Shown here: positions 1-12,839 of the stretch, in pieces
Position numbering within the stretch: position 1 is the first letter of the stretch
Layout of the letters: each line of letters begins with the position of its first letter
Notes under the pieces: model-generated
What the model was told of the DNA's origin: nothing
Databases searched by the model: none
Seen by the model: only the letters and a program-made list of their open reading frames with translations
Made by a program: the position numbers and the translations under genes
NCBI GenBank assembly: GCA_035084275.1
Contig: CM068746.1
Span: 31,806,001 to 31,870,000, forward strand
Source of the DNA: Hydrolagus colliei
Taxonomy: Eukaryota
DNA length: 64,000 nt
Reading direction: 5' to 3'

Positions 1-200
1 ATCCTTCCAGACTACCCAGGAAAACCAAATACACACTCTTCCACCATTTCTGGCAACCTGATCCACTTGTCAATTCCCCTTTTAAAGAAAAACTTTCTGA
101 TGTTTGTCTTTAAAATTCTAAATCTATTTCCTCTTGTACTTCTGCCTTGATACATCCTAAAGGATTGATCTGGATTTATTTATTCAATCCCATTTAACAT
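1..200 (-). mobile_element. CR1-type LINE 3' fragment (decayed)
   Basis: Resembles the reverse complement of the CR1 ORF2 end; similar to 4160-4435. Confidence 0.5.
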
Positions 201-224
201 TTATTCAAAATCCACAATGGTCTC

Positions 225-482
225 TGCCATAAACCAACGTCCACTTCTGCCTGTTCATGTGGACTTTAAAAAATCCACTGGTGCAATCCAAAAAGAGAAG
301 GAACTTTCTCCCGGGATGCCCCAAATAAAATTGGCATTAGCTTCATAATTGTTTGTGGACATTACTGTGAGTGACTTGACTCCTGTGTTTGCTTACAAAA
401 TAGTCACTGCGCTTTATACTATTTCCCATCCTTGAATGTCCTCCCAACATGAAAGGCTATATTAAATACTAGAATTATTATC
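225..482 (+). mobile_element. Deu-domain SINE fragment with L2-like tail
   Basis: Degenerate match to the copies at 60205-60637 and 61310-61718; ends ...gaaaggctatattaaatactagaattatta. Confidence 0.55.
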
Positions 483-633
483 ATTGATATCTCCTTTTGT
501 GGGTTGACATCAGTTTTATGTTTGGAATTGTATTTTGTGAATTACAGACCAGTATTACATGGGAACTTTTTTATTTAAAGCAAAATGAAGGTTGAGGTCA
601 ATGTAATGATATGTAATATGAAGTTAATATTAC

Positions 634-755
634 CTGGTGCTGGATTAAGTGCAGGGGTAGTGCTGTCCTCTGAGAGAGTGATGCTGTCCGAGAGATTGCT
701 AACCCGTGATTCTTCTGCCTCTTCAGGCACTCCAGGTGAAATGATGACCTTCTTC
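634..755 (-). CDS. CACNA1C: CACNA1C exon (~48) with S1928-equivalent PKA site: [41 protein letters not shown]
   Basis: 122 nt, ttaacag| ... |gtaata, phase 1->0. Confidence 0.95.
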
Positions 756-1599
756 CTGTTAAAAGCAGCGGTAGGTACATCAACAAAGGACTTGGTACTA
801 ATTACTGTACTAAGTTGTTGTTACACAATCTGAAGCAAAAAAGACTAGAAAAAGGAAAATAAAATAAAAGTAATCCTAGTTTTAGAATACCCGTACCAAC
901 AAAACATTGCTTGTCAGTGAATATATCAGCTCCTGATAACGAGGGAAAAGCCTGGGTGGATGATTAATTTATGAAATATTTTCCAGCGCTCTAATGATCC
1001 TGTATTTTTGCTTTATTTGTATGACTGATATAGATTTGTGGGGGTGGTGTCATGGCCTATGCAGATCTGAAAAAATGTTCTTAAATCAAATTTTGGTTCA
1101 ACCCCTGGTCTTCCCTTGGATACAAGGTGAAGAAAATCAAAGCAATTATTTGTGTTTTGTTTATAATAGCGAGAAGTCAACAGAAACATAAGTTCCACCT
1201 CGGGCATTTTGACAGTATCTAAAATCTGTTCCTTCAAACAAGTTTGGAACAGCACAAACACATTGCAATGCTGTCTTGGACTTCATATTGTTTTGAAATC
1301 TGTGTGTTACAGTTGATTATATTATGTCGACAGATGTCAAGTGTAAAAATTGGGGGGAGATTACGAATGATCGTACATTAGTACATGTTTGAAGTTACTG
1401 ATTGGGTTCCTATATTTCCATGGCAACAATCAAAATCCCTGCTTTGTTTCATCCTCACTGCCATGGAAGTCTCCATTATTCTATAAGAAAATGCTTGAGT
1501 AAGGCAACATGTAGGCATTTTGTGTGGTGTTATTACAATTCTTTATATTGTATATTGTATATTAAGCATATAAATAATGTTTTTCAAGAAGCTACCTAC

Positions 1600-1718
1600 C
1601 TAACGATGTGACTGAAAGAAGCCCCTTTGGAGAAGACTGCCATGTTTTTTCACTTTCTTCACAATAGTCCACTGAAGGAGTAAGCTGTTTGTTGTCCTCC
1701 TCATCCTGATAACAAATC
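1600..1718 (-). CDS. CACNA1C: CACNA1C exon (~47): ICYQDEEDNKQLTPSVDYCEESEKTWQSSPKGLLSVTSL
   Basis: 119 nt, tttgcag| ... |gtaggt, phase 2->1; aligns to MLSYQDDENRQLT...SASL. Confidence 0.92.
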
Positions 1719-1811
1719 CTGCAAAGGCAAATCAGACAAACAGACATACAACTTAGCCAAAGAAAATAAGATGTGTTTAATTACATTCATACAAAAATAT
1801 GGGTTCTACAA

Positions 1812-2035
1812 GAACAACAACTTGCATTTATATAAAATGTGTCATACAGGGTCATGTCTCAGAGCACTTGATGGTGGCAGAACATGCCGTATGGAGGTGA
1901 CTGTTGGCATGGTCGAAGAAGAAGTTCTTCAGGCATGACCTGAAGATAAGGAAAGAGGGGGCAAGGCAAGCAGATAGAGGAAGAGTGTTCCAGAGTTTGG
2001 GGGCATAGTGGCTGAAAGTGCAGCCTAGCACCTGA
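1812..2035 (-). mobile_element. L2-type LINE 3' end
   Basis: Translates to FSHYAPKLWNTLP...FRSCLKNFFF (L2 ORF2 C-terminus); (TTG)n tail. Confidence 0.75.
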
Positions 2036-2237
2036 TCAATCATCCATTGAACCTAAAGGAGACTAGCAAAAACACAGTTCTAAAACAGAAACTAATACAA
2101 ATTAAATAAGAAGTAGATATATTTTACTGCCAGGAACATCAAAAAGTAAAGTCTTTTGAGTAATATCAGAAGATAAGCAATGCTTGTCTCCTAGGTCACT
2201 ATGGAAATCAGTTGTTCAAGATAACTAGTTCTTAGAT

Positions 2238-2449
2238 GCAGCCAGTTGTACGCAGCAGTGTCCCACAAACAGTCATGGATTGAAATGACCAATTTTTTTT
2301 ATTACTGTATTGTTTTTTGTCGGACAGATTATTATTAGGCATGTGGAATAAGGAAACTTGCCCAAGGTTTCGCCCTGACCTGCCTGGATTTGAACACAGG
2401 TCTCACACTTGTAAGGCGAGTGCTCTAATCACTGAGGTACAGGAGCTCC
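2238..2449 (-). mobile_element. tRNA-headed SINE (dominant family), 5' part
   Basis: Head ggagctcctgtacctcagtgattagagcactcgcc...gttcaaatcc with Pol III A/B boxes; matches 32788-33126. Confidence 0.85.
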
Positions 2450-2541
2450 ACAAAATCAACTAGGTAAGAAATCTGCTCTCATCAGTGGTCTTGCATCTGG
2501 TTATTCTGCCACCTAACCAATAGAATAGGAAAATGCCTCAC

Positions 2542-2670
2542 AATTGTGAAGAAAGCATGCTCTCTTCACTGCAGCAATCAGGACCTTCATTGAAATTTTC
2601 ATCGTAAGTCTCATCTGGGGATGCTTCCACTCGTTGGATAATTGGCAAGTGGCCTTCTCCAGAGTCTGAA
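2542..2670 (-). CDS. CACNA1C: CACNA1C exon (~46): SDSGEGHLPIIQRVEASPDETYDENFNEGPDCCSEESMLSSQ
   Basis: 129 nt, ttttcag| ... |gtgagg, phase 2->2; DETY and CSE..LS conserved. Confidence 0.92.
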
Positions 2671-3454
2671 CTGAAAACACAAAAAAATTACCAGTTACTA
2701 CAACTAAAGTGTTAAATCCAAGGGGCACAGAAATGTGCAGCAGCAGAGAAACGGAATGTAATTAGTTGACTGAGCTTACGGTACATATGTGGTCGCTTGT
2801 GAAATGTTATTGCACAAAATTAACAAAGGTAAGATCATAAAAAGCATAGAACATGTCAAATGCCTGTCCTCCCCTAAATGAATCAAAGGAATACTCTCCT
2901 TTTAAAAGGGCAAAATGTTCAATGATCGCAAGGAAGCTTCAACAGACATTTGAGTGAATCATAAACCTGGTCGCAAACATTGGTGTAGTTAGGTAATACA
3001 TCCTGCTGGACAAGAAGTGAGCCCTGTGATTTGATTGCGCCTTTTAGTGAGAGAGCCAGAAAATCCCAGTTTCTTTTTGGTTTGGTTTCGCTTATACAAT
3101 ACAATATCAATATGAGTCCTGAACAGATGCTTAGTGGCGCCGTTAATCAATCGGCTCTAAATAACAGTAGTGAAGGGCAAGAGCTGAGACTGACTATCAG
3201 GTGACTTTGGTCTCCCTTCCATTCCTGCTTTAGGTAGAGACGTGGTTAATATATTTCTACACATCCACAGAATACAATGAGATAATGAAATAAGGTATCT
3301 CGCCATTGCGCCTTTGATACTGGGAGCATTAGCAATGGTTGTCAATGTCGGAGGAGACTCTCAACAACAAAATAGCTAGAAATAGTTAAAAGGTACTTAC
3401 TTTTGAGTTATTTTGTTTCAGATCATGCAAAGCTCATGTGAGATATTTGAACAT

Positions 3455-3540
3455 TATTCAATGAAGCGCTTTGGGACGTTGATAAGATGTGGAAAGCGCT
3501 ATATCAAATGCAAGGATTATTATTATTATTATTATTATTA
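3455..3540 (+). mobile_element. SINE 3' tail with (ATT)n microsatellite
   Basis: gaagcgctttgggacg...gcgctatatcaaatgcaagg(att)n. Confidence 0.85.
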
Positions 3541-4159
3541 AGAACCAGATTGTATGGCTGGAACACTGGTGCCAATTCCTATTGTTAATTGCTGTACATT
3601 AGGTTTTAATGCAAATCTAGTAGATAGTTTTACTATCTAATTCTCATGATCAGATATTGCAAATAAATTCTTGAGATTAGTTAATAAGATGAGCATTACA
3701 ATGAACTGACAAAAGGCTGCTGTGTTTATGTTGTATCTCTAATTGCAGCCATTAAACCTTTTCCTCGAGGCAGATAATTGTGAGGTTTCTTTTATTTCTG
3801 CTTGTAATGTAGATATCAGGACATTCCAGAAACAGATAGTAATCGGATATTTGCTGCCAAATCTTTGTTGGCAAACTTAAACTACGTGCAAACACAGTTT
3901 ACACATGGCTTGAATATTGTTGTTTTATCCATGGTTAAAAGCTAGTTTTAGATAAGGCAGAATTATGCCTTATCCCTCTGGCAAGCTTAGATGAGTTTTC
4001 CCCTGAACAACATTTAACTTTCTACTGACTGCGAGAATCAAGTCAAATAAAGCAAGATAACAGTCTGGATGTAACCTTGCAGGACAACTTTTCCTCAGCC
4101 TGTGATGTTGACATGTATTGGTTTGAAGAAAGGTCGGTAAAAAAATAAGAAGAAAAAAC

Positions 4160-4435
4160 TTAAGAATTTGTTAGGCGAAGGAAGATCAAGGTTCATCCAA
4201 TTCGCTTTGCACAAGTCATGTCTTTAACACATATATTGTTTTCCTAAGATATTATTTCCTAACAGCATTCTATCTAATTAATTCTTGAAAGAATAAACAC
4301 TTTCTGCTTCCACTATCTCGCTAGGGAGCCGCTTCCATATGTTAACCACTTTCTCACTGAAGTAATGTTTCCGCAGAGTTGTGCAGAATTTACCTCCTTT
4401 CAATCACAGATTGTGTCCTCTGGTTCTATTGTTTA
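4160..4435 (-). mobile_element. CR1-type LINE 3' fragment
   Basis: Reverse strand has CR1-like tagaaccagaggacacaatctg...gtggttaacatatggaa motifs. Confidence 0.65.
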
Positions 4436-6370
4436 GTACTACCGCTGTGATGGAATCCCGAAGGACTTGAAATGCCTGAATTAAATAACACATCAACATA
4501 TATAAGATGGAATAAATTACAAGTGGAGAGGAATTACTTGTCCGGTGGCTCTTTTTGGTTAGTGCTGAGGCTTCCAGTTAGCGAGGTGTAACTCAACAAC
4601 AACAAAATTACACTAAAATAGCGCCTTTCACGTCAGGAGGGCATCCCAACATAAATTCACAGAATAATCTGGAGGTTCGCAGTGAGATTCTGCAGTTCAG
4701 GCAGAGGCATTTTTAACGCCCATCGGTGAAACGCACCGATGGGCCCCTCATATTCCGGGCCCCCAGAGTAATGGGAATGTGCTGAGCTCTTGTCTTTTGT
4801 TAAATATCTTCGATAAAGGCTAGCGCTCATTACACATCAAACTAGGTAAGATTCTACAACCTCCAACTGACGGTCCCCCCAAGAAAATTGCACCGAGTAG
4901 TTAGAAGTCCTAAAAACGCCTCTGAGTTCCGGGTGGGCCTCTTATTCCATTAAGCAGATCTGATTAACCAGGACAGAATTACAAAATCTAGGGACCAAAC
5001 TATCCAGCTCATTTAGCTGAAAAGCAAATACATTCTTTGGAAAATGTCAACAAAAGGCAGAATTTTAAAGATCAGGAATTTGATCACTTCAGAGTCTGGG
5101 TTTGTGTTCCATTACAAGTTCCCAAGAATAAGATGATGAACACAAAACTTAACCCGTTTGATAAGAAGTGAAATTAAACCCAGGGAAATGGGAGAAGCCT
5201 CCTACATGGCTCGCAAATCTCTCACATTGGGTTTGGAATCCTGTGCTTTGGGACGTCCTTCTGATGTGAAAGGCACTATACAAATGTAATTTTATTGTTG
5301 TTGGAATTGCACTAACTGAGGCCTAACTGTGCGATGAACTGAGGATAGGAAAAATAAATAATACCTCTCCTTTGCCGAAGGCCTTTCTGCTCTCCTAAAG
5401 GCGTTTGACTTCCTTTTCCCCTTTTTCCTTTTATTGTGATAGCTCATCTAAATGTCTGTTATTCACAGATGAATCTTGATAGTGAGCGACAAGAGGCTAT
5501 GATTGTGGGAAGCATCTTTGCAGACCCAAATACTGTGCTCACCCAGTGTCCACACACCTGCACCTCCAGCAGGGGGTGTCGCTGCATAGTGAGCAAGACA
5601 TGGGATTTGCTCTGATTTTTCTTTATTTTGCCCAAGGTGAAGCTCCCTCAGCAATCCTGGTTGAGAATAATTATCCCAGCACAGACTAGGATTGAATTTC
5701 ACCCTTTTCGCTTGTAGCCAGCTGGTCAAAGCATAAACTTGCTGAATCATTTACGGTCCAGTGCTATCGTTTCAGTCCAATAAGTCGATTTGCCATCAAT
5801 TGCATGAGAATTAATTTTCTTTAAAGCTCTCACAGGTAAAAATATATATGTCTTTTTTAAAAAAATGTAATAAAGTAATGTATTTCCATTGGATTATGCT
5901 CACATACTACTTTAATCATTTCCTCAGACAATTCCGGTCGATTCAGGAGACATGACCTATTGCTTCTCAATCCATTTTGACTTCTCTTCATCACTTCATA
6001 CCTGGTCTTTGTGGATTGCTGTGGATAGCATCCTGCATATTGCTCTCAAGCATTTCTCCCTACAGACTTATGAAGGTGGTGAAGAACACTCAGAAGGGTA
6101 CATAGTGTGCCATAATAGTGTGTCCTGTTTCACAAGAGAGCATGAGAACAGACAAGAAAAATGGTTTAATTAGATAATGACTTACAGTAGAGATCCCACT
6201 AACAAATAAAAAGAGCTGTGAATTGATTCCATGTTCTGGGAATCATTGGCCTTTCACTGTCTGGTGCTGGAGCTCAGACTGCACTGCACACTGCTGGAGG
6301 CTCACCTTGCCTGTGGTCATATTATTGCCTGCTGTGGTGGGGCTGCTTGAGCTACTCAGGCTGTACTCAC

Positions 6371-6418
6371 AGCCTTGTTGGCAGAGCTGATGCTATTGCA
6401 GTTCCTGTTGGTGTGATT
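6371..6418 (-). CDS. Candidate optional C-terminal cassette exon (exon-45 position): (R)ITPTGTAIASALPTR(L)
   Basis: 48 nt, acacag| ... |gtgagt, symmetric phase 2-2 matching the flanking exons, no stop; weak pyrimidine tract. Confidence 0.3.
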
Positions 6419-6654
6419 CTGTGTGTTGAATCAAAGGTGTTCAAACCAACGAAACACGTTCAATTCAGAATTTTCACAACACAGTTTAGCTGTTCAATTC
6501 ATTTTGCTTAACTAGAAACAACTGAACAGATGGGCAAGCGCATAAATGTACAATCAAGTTGAAATCCTTGTGTCTTTAGCCAGCAGGTTTTCTGCGGCAA
6601 ATACTTCTCTTTTCTCTTTCTACTTGCTTAGAGAATGAGTGTCAGCTGGTTATT

Positions 6655-6770
6655 CAACAACAACAACATCAACTTTGATTTATATAGTGCACTCCACGCC
6701 AGATGGTGTCTCAGAGCACTTCACAATAGCGGATTCCGGGACCGAGCCAGGGGCAGGGGTAGAAAGGTGA
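6655..6770 (-). mobile_element. Short L2-tail element, also at 56118-56220 (-), 46060-46143 (+), 51500-51555 (+)
   Basis: Shared ctccacgcc.ga.gg..tctcagagc.cttcacaata.cgga core with (TTG)n tail. Confidence 0.7.
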
Positions 6771-6859
6771 CCAAAGGCAGAGATCACATCCGAGCTTACT
6801 GCTGTTCTCACCTAACAGAAGATATGAAGAAATAACAGATGACTTTGATTATCTTAAGT

Positions 6860-7720
6860 AGACTTGGACAATGGTTATGTGAGTGGCAAAAAGGAAAGCT
6901 ACAGGATTGAGTATGTTTCTAGTCCAGTTAGGAAGGAATTTCCATGCGTATGTGGGAAGCATGGAATTCTCATCTTGGTCTGGGTTCTCTTAAGCACAGT
7001 GATGTGTTTCCGCATGACAGATACTCAGCTGAGCAAAAAAAAGTTAAGAAGGATCTTATTCCAGCAAATAAAGCGGGGCAAGTGCGCAATGTGAGGATTA
7101 GGAATATCCTCAATAAACACATTGGAATCAGAATTTAAAAAATTAAAAGTAGAGATACAATCAAGGACAAAGGTACCTAGATGGAAAAAAAGTAAATTTC
7201 AAGGGGAAGAGAAATAGCACAGATCAACTGGGTAGAAAAACTGACAAAGGATGAACAGTGAGAAACTTTCAAATATAAATAAAGAGGATACAAATTGTAC
7301 AACTTCTGTCAACCAATAAAATGCAACTAAAACTAGGGTTCATTCAGTGAGTAGAGAAACGACGATGAAAATACTACCACCAACAAGTACAACAAATTAC
7401 ATTTGCGCCTTTCATGTCAAGAGGACATATATAAACATGTATAAAAATAAAGAATAGGTCAATAAAAAGGTCGGTTAATTAGAGATGAAAATAGAAATAC
7501 AGTCATGGAAAATGAAAGATGGAGAGCAGATAAGAGATTTTTTTTAATTAGAAAGGATTTTGAAAGAACAGATTTCCAATTAGAGAACACCAATTCAAGA
7601 CAATTAGCAAAAGGAGCAAAGAGGGAGATTCTGAGTTTTGTTTTAAACAGAGTTTGTTTAGATGTGAAATGCGCTGCCGGTGCTTGAGGCAAGATCTGTA
7701 TTATTGTTCGAGAGGGAACT
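6860..7720 (+). mobile_element. Decayed CR1-type LINE ORF2 fragments
   Basis: A-rich, frame-broken sequence resembling the endonuclease/linker region. Confidence 0.45.
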
Positions 7721-8065
7721 AATTACATTAGCAAAGAAAGGATATGGAGAGAAAGCAGGTAAAGAGACCGAATGGAATAATTTTTCAAAGTGGCAGCACA
7801 GACCCATTAGTCCAAATAGCCTTCTTCCATTTTGTAACATTCCACGGTTCACCCTACATGTACATATGGGTATTTCCCACAAGTGTTCACAATGTTCAAG
7901 GACAGGAATCCTGAGTGATTCACGACCACATTATCCGTATTTCTTTATCATATTAAATATAACAAAATATTGAATGCAACATTATCCTGACTTCAAACGG
8001 AGATAGTGAGATGCAACAACTGCAGTAAATTGAACACATTAATATATGTTACAATATAAGTTTAC

Positions 8066-8418
8066 CTTTTGGGATCAAGTTTCCATGCTGTTCCTTGTAA
8101 TAACAGTGCAGACGCCAGTGAACTCCCGGGACCGTCCACTGTGTTCACAGTGCTTTGGAAGTTGACTGGGCTTGATAATCTGGACAAGGCGGTGTTATTG
8201 GCATTGTTGATATTGGCGTTTGATCCAGAAGAGGAATAGCTACTTGGAGTAAACGTAGAATCAACCAGCTTCTCATGAGAAGGTGAGTCAATTTCCGCTT
8301 GGGAGCTTCCCGATTTATTGAGGTGCAAAGGGCGCTGGGTGGTGAATGTCTGTGGAAAAGAGAGCCTCCCATCCCCTGGATAATAGCTGACATGGTTGCC
8401 AAACAGACCACCAGCCCT
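8066..8418 (-). CDS. CACNA1C: CACNA1C exon (~44): [13 protein letters not shown]...TAWKLDPK
   Basis: 353 nt, tcacag| ... |gtaaac, phase 0->2. Confidence 0.96.
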
Positions 8419-9409
8419 CTGTGAAAGAAAGATATATTGTGTTAAATCTAGATTGATTGATTTTATCCCATACATAGAAACCTTCTATTATTAAAATAGC
8501 TTTGATCATTCTGCAGCCCACCGTGATAGTGCACTAAAGTATTAAAGATTTGCACCAAAGAAGTAGGATGTGAATCCACTTAGGTTGCACTTATGATGAG
8601 GCTATTGGAGAGGTGCTGAGCAGAAATGATAGACCAAAGACAGAGAGATAACGTACTGGTAACTAATCAGTTATCCCATCTGTTTTACAGACTCTATTAA
8701 ATAATTTCATTTCCTGAGAAAAACCTATGCAAAGTCTCACGTGTCCCCTCCAAAGGAAAATCAAATGAAATTCTAGAGCAGCTATCCAACTTTAAACCTG
8801 GATTGTGCACTCAGTTGGGGAGCAGACAGGTCAGCAATAAAATTAATAAAGTGTTTCTTAGCCCTGTCATTTCACTGTTCTTCCACCTTTAAATGTATAA
8901 TTAGATTCAAATCAGAATGATGGGTTAAAAGTCTCCTTTCTCTGGAAGCGGTTCCTTTCTCAACAAATTAGGGCCCTCTGGGCTCGTTAAATTCGGCAGA
9001 AATTCAACCAAATTGCTACCAACAGCAATTTTATGTATTAAAAAGGACGGCTGGTGTGGTGAAGTTAGGAGCTGCTGGAGCAGGGAGAAAAAGAACTTGT
9101 AATTTTTATAATACTTCCTTACGTCAAAGTGACTGAACAATTTCCTGTGTTGTGACTGTTTTTATAAGCAAACAAAGTTATTTGCATCAGCAAGGCCCCA
9201 AAGATAGAATGAAGTTGAATGCCAAATTAATTTGGAGGTCACTGTAAAACAAAGACTTTCTCTTTTTGAATGTTATTGTGGGATATTTAACTTCATAGGA
9301 CTTTTATTTGACACTTCCAACAATGCCACACTTACCTAGTATAGCATGGTTGTGTCACCTGTGACTCTGAGCTCGAGCCCTGGTGTGAAGCTCAAGCCTA
9401 CTCTGCGTT

Positions 9410-9560
9410 TAGAACATAAGAACATAAGAATTAGGAGCAGGAGTAGGCCATTCGGCCCCTCGAGCCTGCCCTGCTATTCATAAGATCATGGTTGATCTTC
9501 TAATCTAACTCCACCTACCCACCTTATCCTCATATCCCTTAGTCCCTTTGTCCATAAACC
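9410..9560 (-). mobile_element. CR1-type LINE 3' terminus
   Basis: agaacataagaacataagaattaggagcaggagtaggccattcggcccctcgagcctgcc; near-identical copy at 25675-25775. Confidence 0.8.
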
Positions 9561-10383
9561 CACAATATATCTCAGCTGGGCATGTTTATTCCTGAAACCA
9601 GGTAAAAAAAAAAATGGATAAATATTTTCCTTCCCATTCCTAAGTTTAATGAAGAAAAAAAAAGGTTACAAAACACTTTGGCAATCTTGCTGATGATTCA
9701 TCATCGAAGAATACAACAATGTATTCAAGCTGTGAAATCACAACGTAGTTACCCGATAAATTTGATTGAGTCTTCCTAATTGTCACAGCTTTTTAAAAGA
9801 GTAGCTGATAACTGGAAACCCAGGGTGTCAATACAGCCTAGGCAAGAAAGCATTATATTTATCGTAAAGATGAAAACATGGAAGAGCACAATAATCACTT
9901 AGCGGGATGCAAGGGAAAGCCGTTTACTGCTTTACTTTGTTTGGCGAGGAAATTACACTCATGAATTATGCACAAGCCTTCGTTCTGTGCAGTTTACCAT
10001 TTTTTACCAAGCATCTTCATTTACCCAAAGGCTCGGTGCAATTAGTTATGAAAACATAACGCAATTTATTTTTACCTGCTCATATTAATTGATGCTATCT
10101 TTATCATTCATAGGGCAGAAGTGTCAACTTTTAAATGTATTTAATTAAAACTCTGGGGGAGGGGACTGTTTAAAAGAATATTCTAGGAAGCAGCGTATCG
10201 TCCATGGGATTTCAATGATTGGAAAAAGATAATACAGTTCCAATAAGATAAGATACGTAATATCAAGTATAGTGACCCTAATCTCAAAGGACTGTTGAGC
10301 CACATAAATAAATTTGCAATAGTTTCTTCTGTACATTTAATCTGAATGTGACGCTGATGACACTATTCTTATAATTGAATTTA

Positions 10384-10578
<195 letters not shown>

Positions 10579-12783
10579 CTAGGGGGAAAACAGAGAAATA
10601 TCTAAAAGATTCTTTTTCAGACTATCCGATAGCCAGGTGTGAAACAGCTTCCCTTAACATTTTCTGCCCACTCTTTGGGGAAGTAACACTGCTTCACTGT
10701 TGCTGTAATGTTTGTGTTTGTTGGGTGAGTCTGTGTGCTTGTTGGATGTGTCTGTGTCTGGAGGATTTGTGGGTGCCATTGATGTGTGGCCTAATGGGGT
10801 TCACTGCCATAACCCCCCCCAAATGTATCAAATAAAGAGTGGTTTCATCAAAGTATCTCTCAAATGATACGGCTGAACATTTCTTCAGCAAATGACTAAA
10901 GTCAGATGAAAGAATGTTTTGTTTCCAGCAATATTTCTGCATTTTGTATTAGCAGAGTTTCATTTAAATACTACACGATGCATTCTAATCAGAAGAAAAC
11001 GCTGTGCAAATATACAATTCAAATGAGCAGTTTTCTGCATCCATGAAACAATCTATTGAGATAGTCACACTCATGGATATATTCACATCAATTAGTCCAG
11101 CTTCAATGTTACTGCTTCATGAAGCTGAAATAAATCAAAACAAATCTGCATGAACATAAGATAGTAACACTCAAATGACACCTTTATCACTCAATTACAG
11201 CATGCAACAATGGAAGTAGTAGTTTACGCATTTGTATAGCCAACCCAAAATAATTCAGATAAGTAATAGAAATGTCCAATCCGCATCTTTAGCATACTTA
11301 TTGAATTGTAGGAAAGAGTTACAATTGATGTCAGACCCAGTCAATTGAAGGGTGAAGGGAATTGGATGCTCATTTGAGAAAAATAACTCCTCTTTTCACT
11401 GACCTATAATTTTAGCTCAGTTTCACAAGCAATGTTCTCCTACAAGTGACACTGGATAGCTTGCTAAAATGGACACATTGAACCATATATTTCTGGAAAC
11501 CAGAATGTATGCATTAATAAATATTGATTCAATTACTTCAAAATATCACATTTCATTTTCAGCAAACTTTATAATGGACTATTCGTGCACAATACTTCAA
11601 TTGGTGCATTTATTTCCAAGGGGAAAAAAAAAATTCAGGAAATAGTTTGTTTCAAACTCATGCAGTTTCAAAACTATTGTGGAAGTAAATTTTTTTTAAA
11701 AAAGTTTGGTTGAATTTCTTCAAAGTGAAAATCTTATGCTTCTCAAATTTTCTGACCACTTCTGTCCTCGCAGCTGAAAAGGTAATCATCTAAGTCAGTC
11801 ACTGTCCTTAGCATTATACATACTTTGCAACACCTGCATGAGTTTGTACACCATGTCTGATTGTTATCTCAGAAGGTAATCATATATAAATATGCCTAAG
11901 CCTTTAGAAAGAACAGACACGCAAATCCTAAAAGCTTTAAGCTTTTCCTTTGAGAACATGAGATCCTACGATTTTCAAAGGTTTTATATATCTAATCCAA
12001 GCCCAAATCAAATCATTGGATGAGACACCTCCTGTCAAGCCTCTGCCACTGAAACTCTGAGACTTCCAGGAGTTGTGAGTGGACTAAGTTTGGCTTCTCC
12101 TTGGATGTTCTCTTACTCCCATGGGAGATGAATGATTTTTACAGAAATCCTTGATGCTTTAAAACAGCACAGTTGAGATCCACAATCCAACAGGGCAGTG
12201 GAGAAACTGAACGCCTACTCTGAGCAAATGTGTGTTGGTACATCAATGCATGAATTCTTTCACTAGAAAGTACTTTTCAAACACAATGTGCTCTTGATCC
12301 TACGTTCTGTCATTGTTAGTGAGCAGATCCAGTTAAAGTAGGAATTGGCTGCATTGCCCACATGCAGCAATGCCCACAGTACTTTCTAGAGCGAAAAATA
12401 CTGTTTTCGGGAACAAATTATAGTCGCAATATTATCCAATGTACAACTTTACTTTGTATTGTAAACATTTATATCAGTAAATGAATTCCTCTGGTATTAG
12501 ATAATTCCTCCGGCATTGACAAGTGATAAAATTACAAAGTTGTCTGTATCGATAGCACTGTATCACTGCATTGTAAGGAAAGAGCAGCATTACAACACAT
12601 GCTTCTGAAATCCTGAATGTATATTTGTTAAATCACATTCAATGCAAACCAAAAGCTACCTTAATAAATAAAAAAGGAGACACATAGGATAAAGATAGGG
12701 CCTACGTGAAACCAGACCTAAGGTTTCTCTGCCAAAATGGGGTTCATGTATTACGTATACATGAAATGGGAAGCAAAAAGGGT

Positions 12784-12839
12784 CACAAGGAAGGAAAAGA
12801 GACACAAGACACAGGGGCAATCAATACAAAACGTTTATT
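12784..12839 (-). terminator. Candidate intronic polyadenylation site in the intron after the IQ exon
   Basis: AATAAA (12839-12834) followed ~21 nt later by GU/U-rich tgtgtcttgtgtctctttt; several upstream TGTA motifs. Confidence 0.4.

Noticed and set aside
5365-5447. Basic peptide exon candidate MSYHNKRKKGKRKSNAFRR
   Set aside because: Open only in phase 0 whereas this intron is phase 2, and both splice sites are weak; the real exon-47 orthologue is at 1600-1718.
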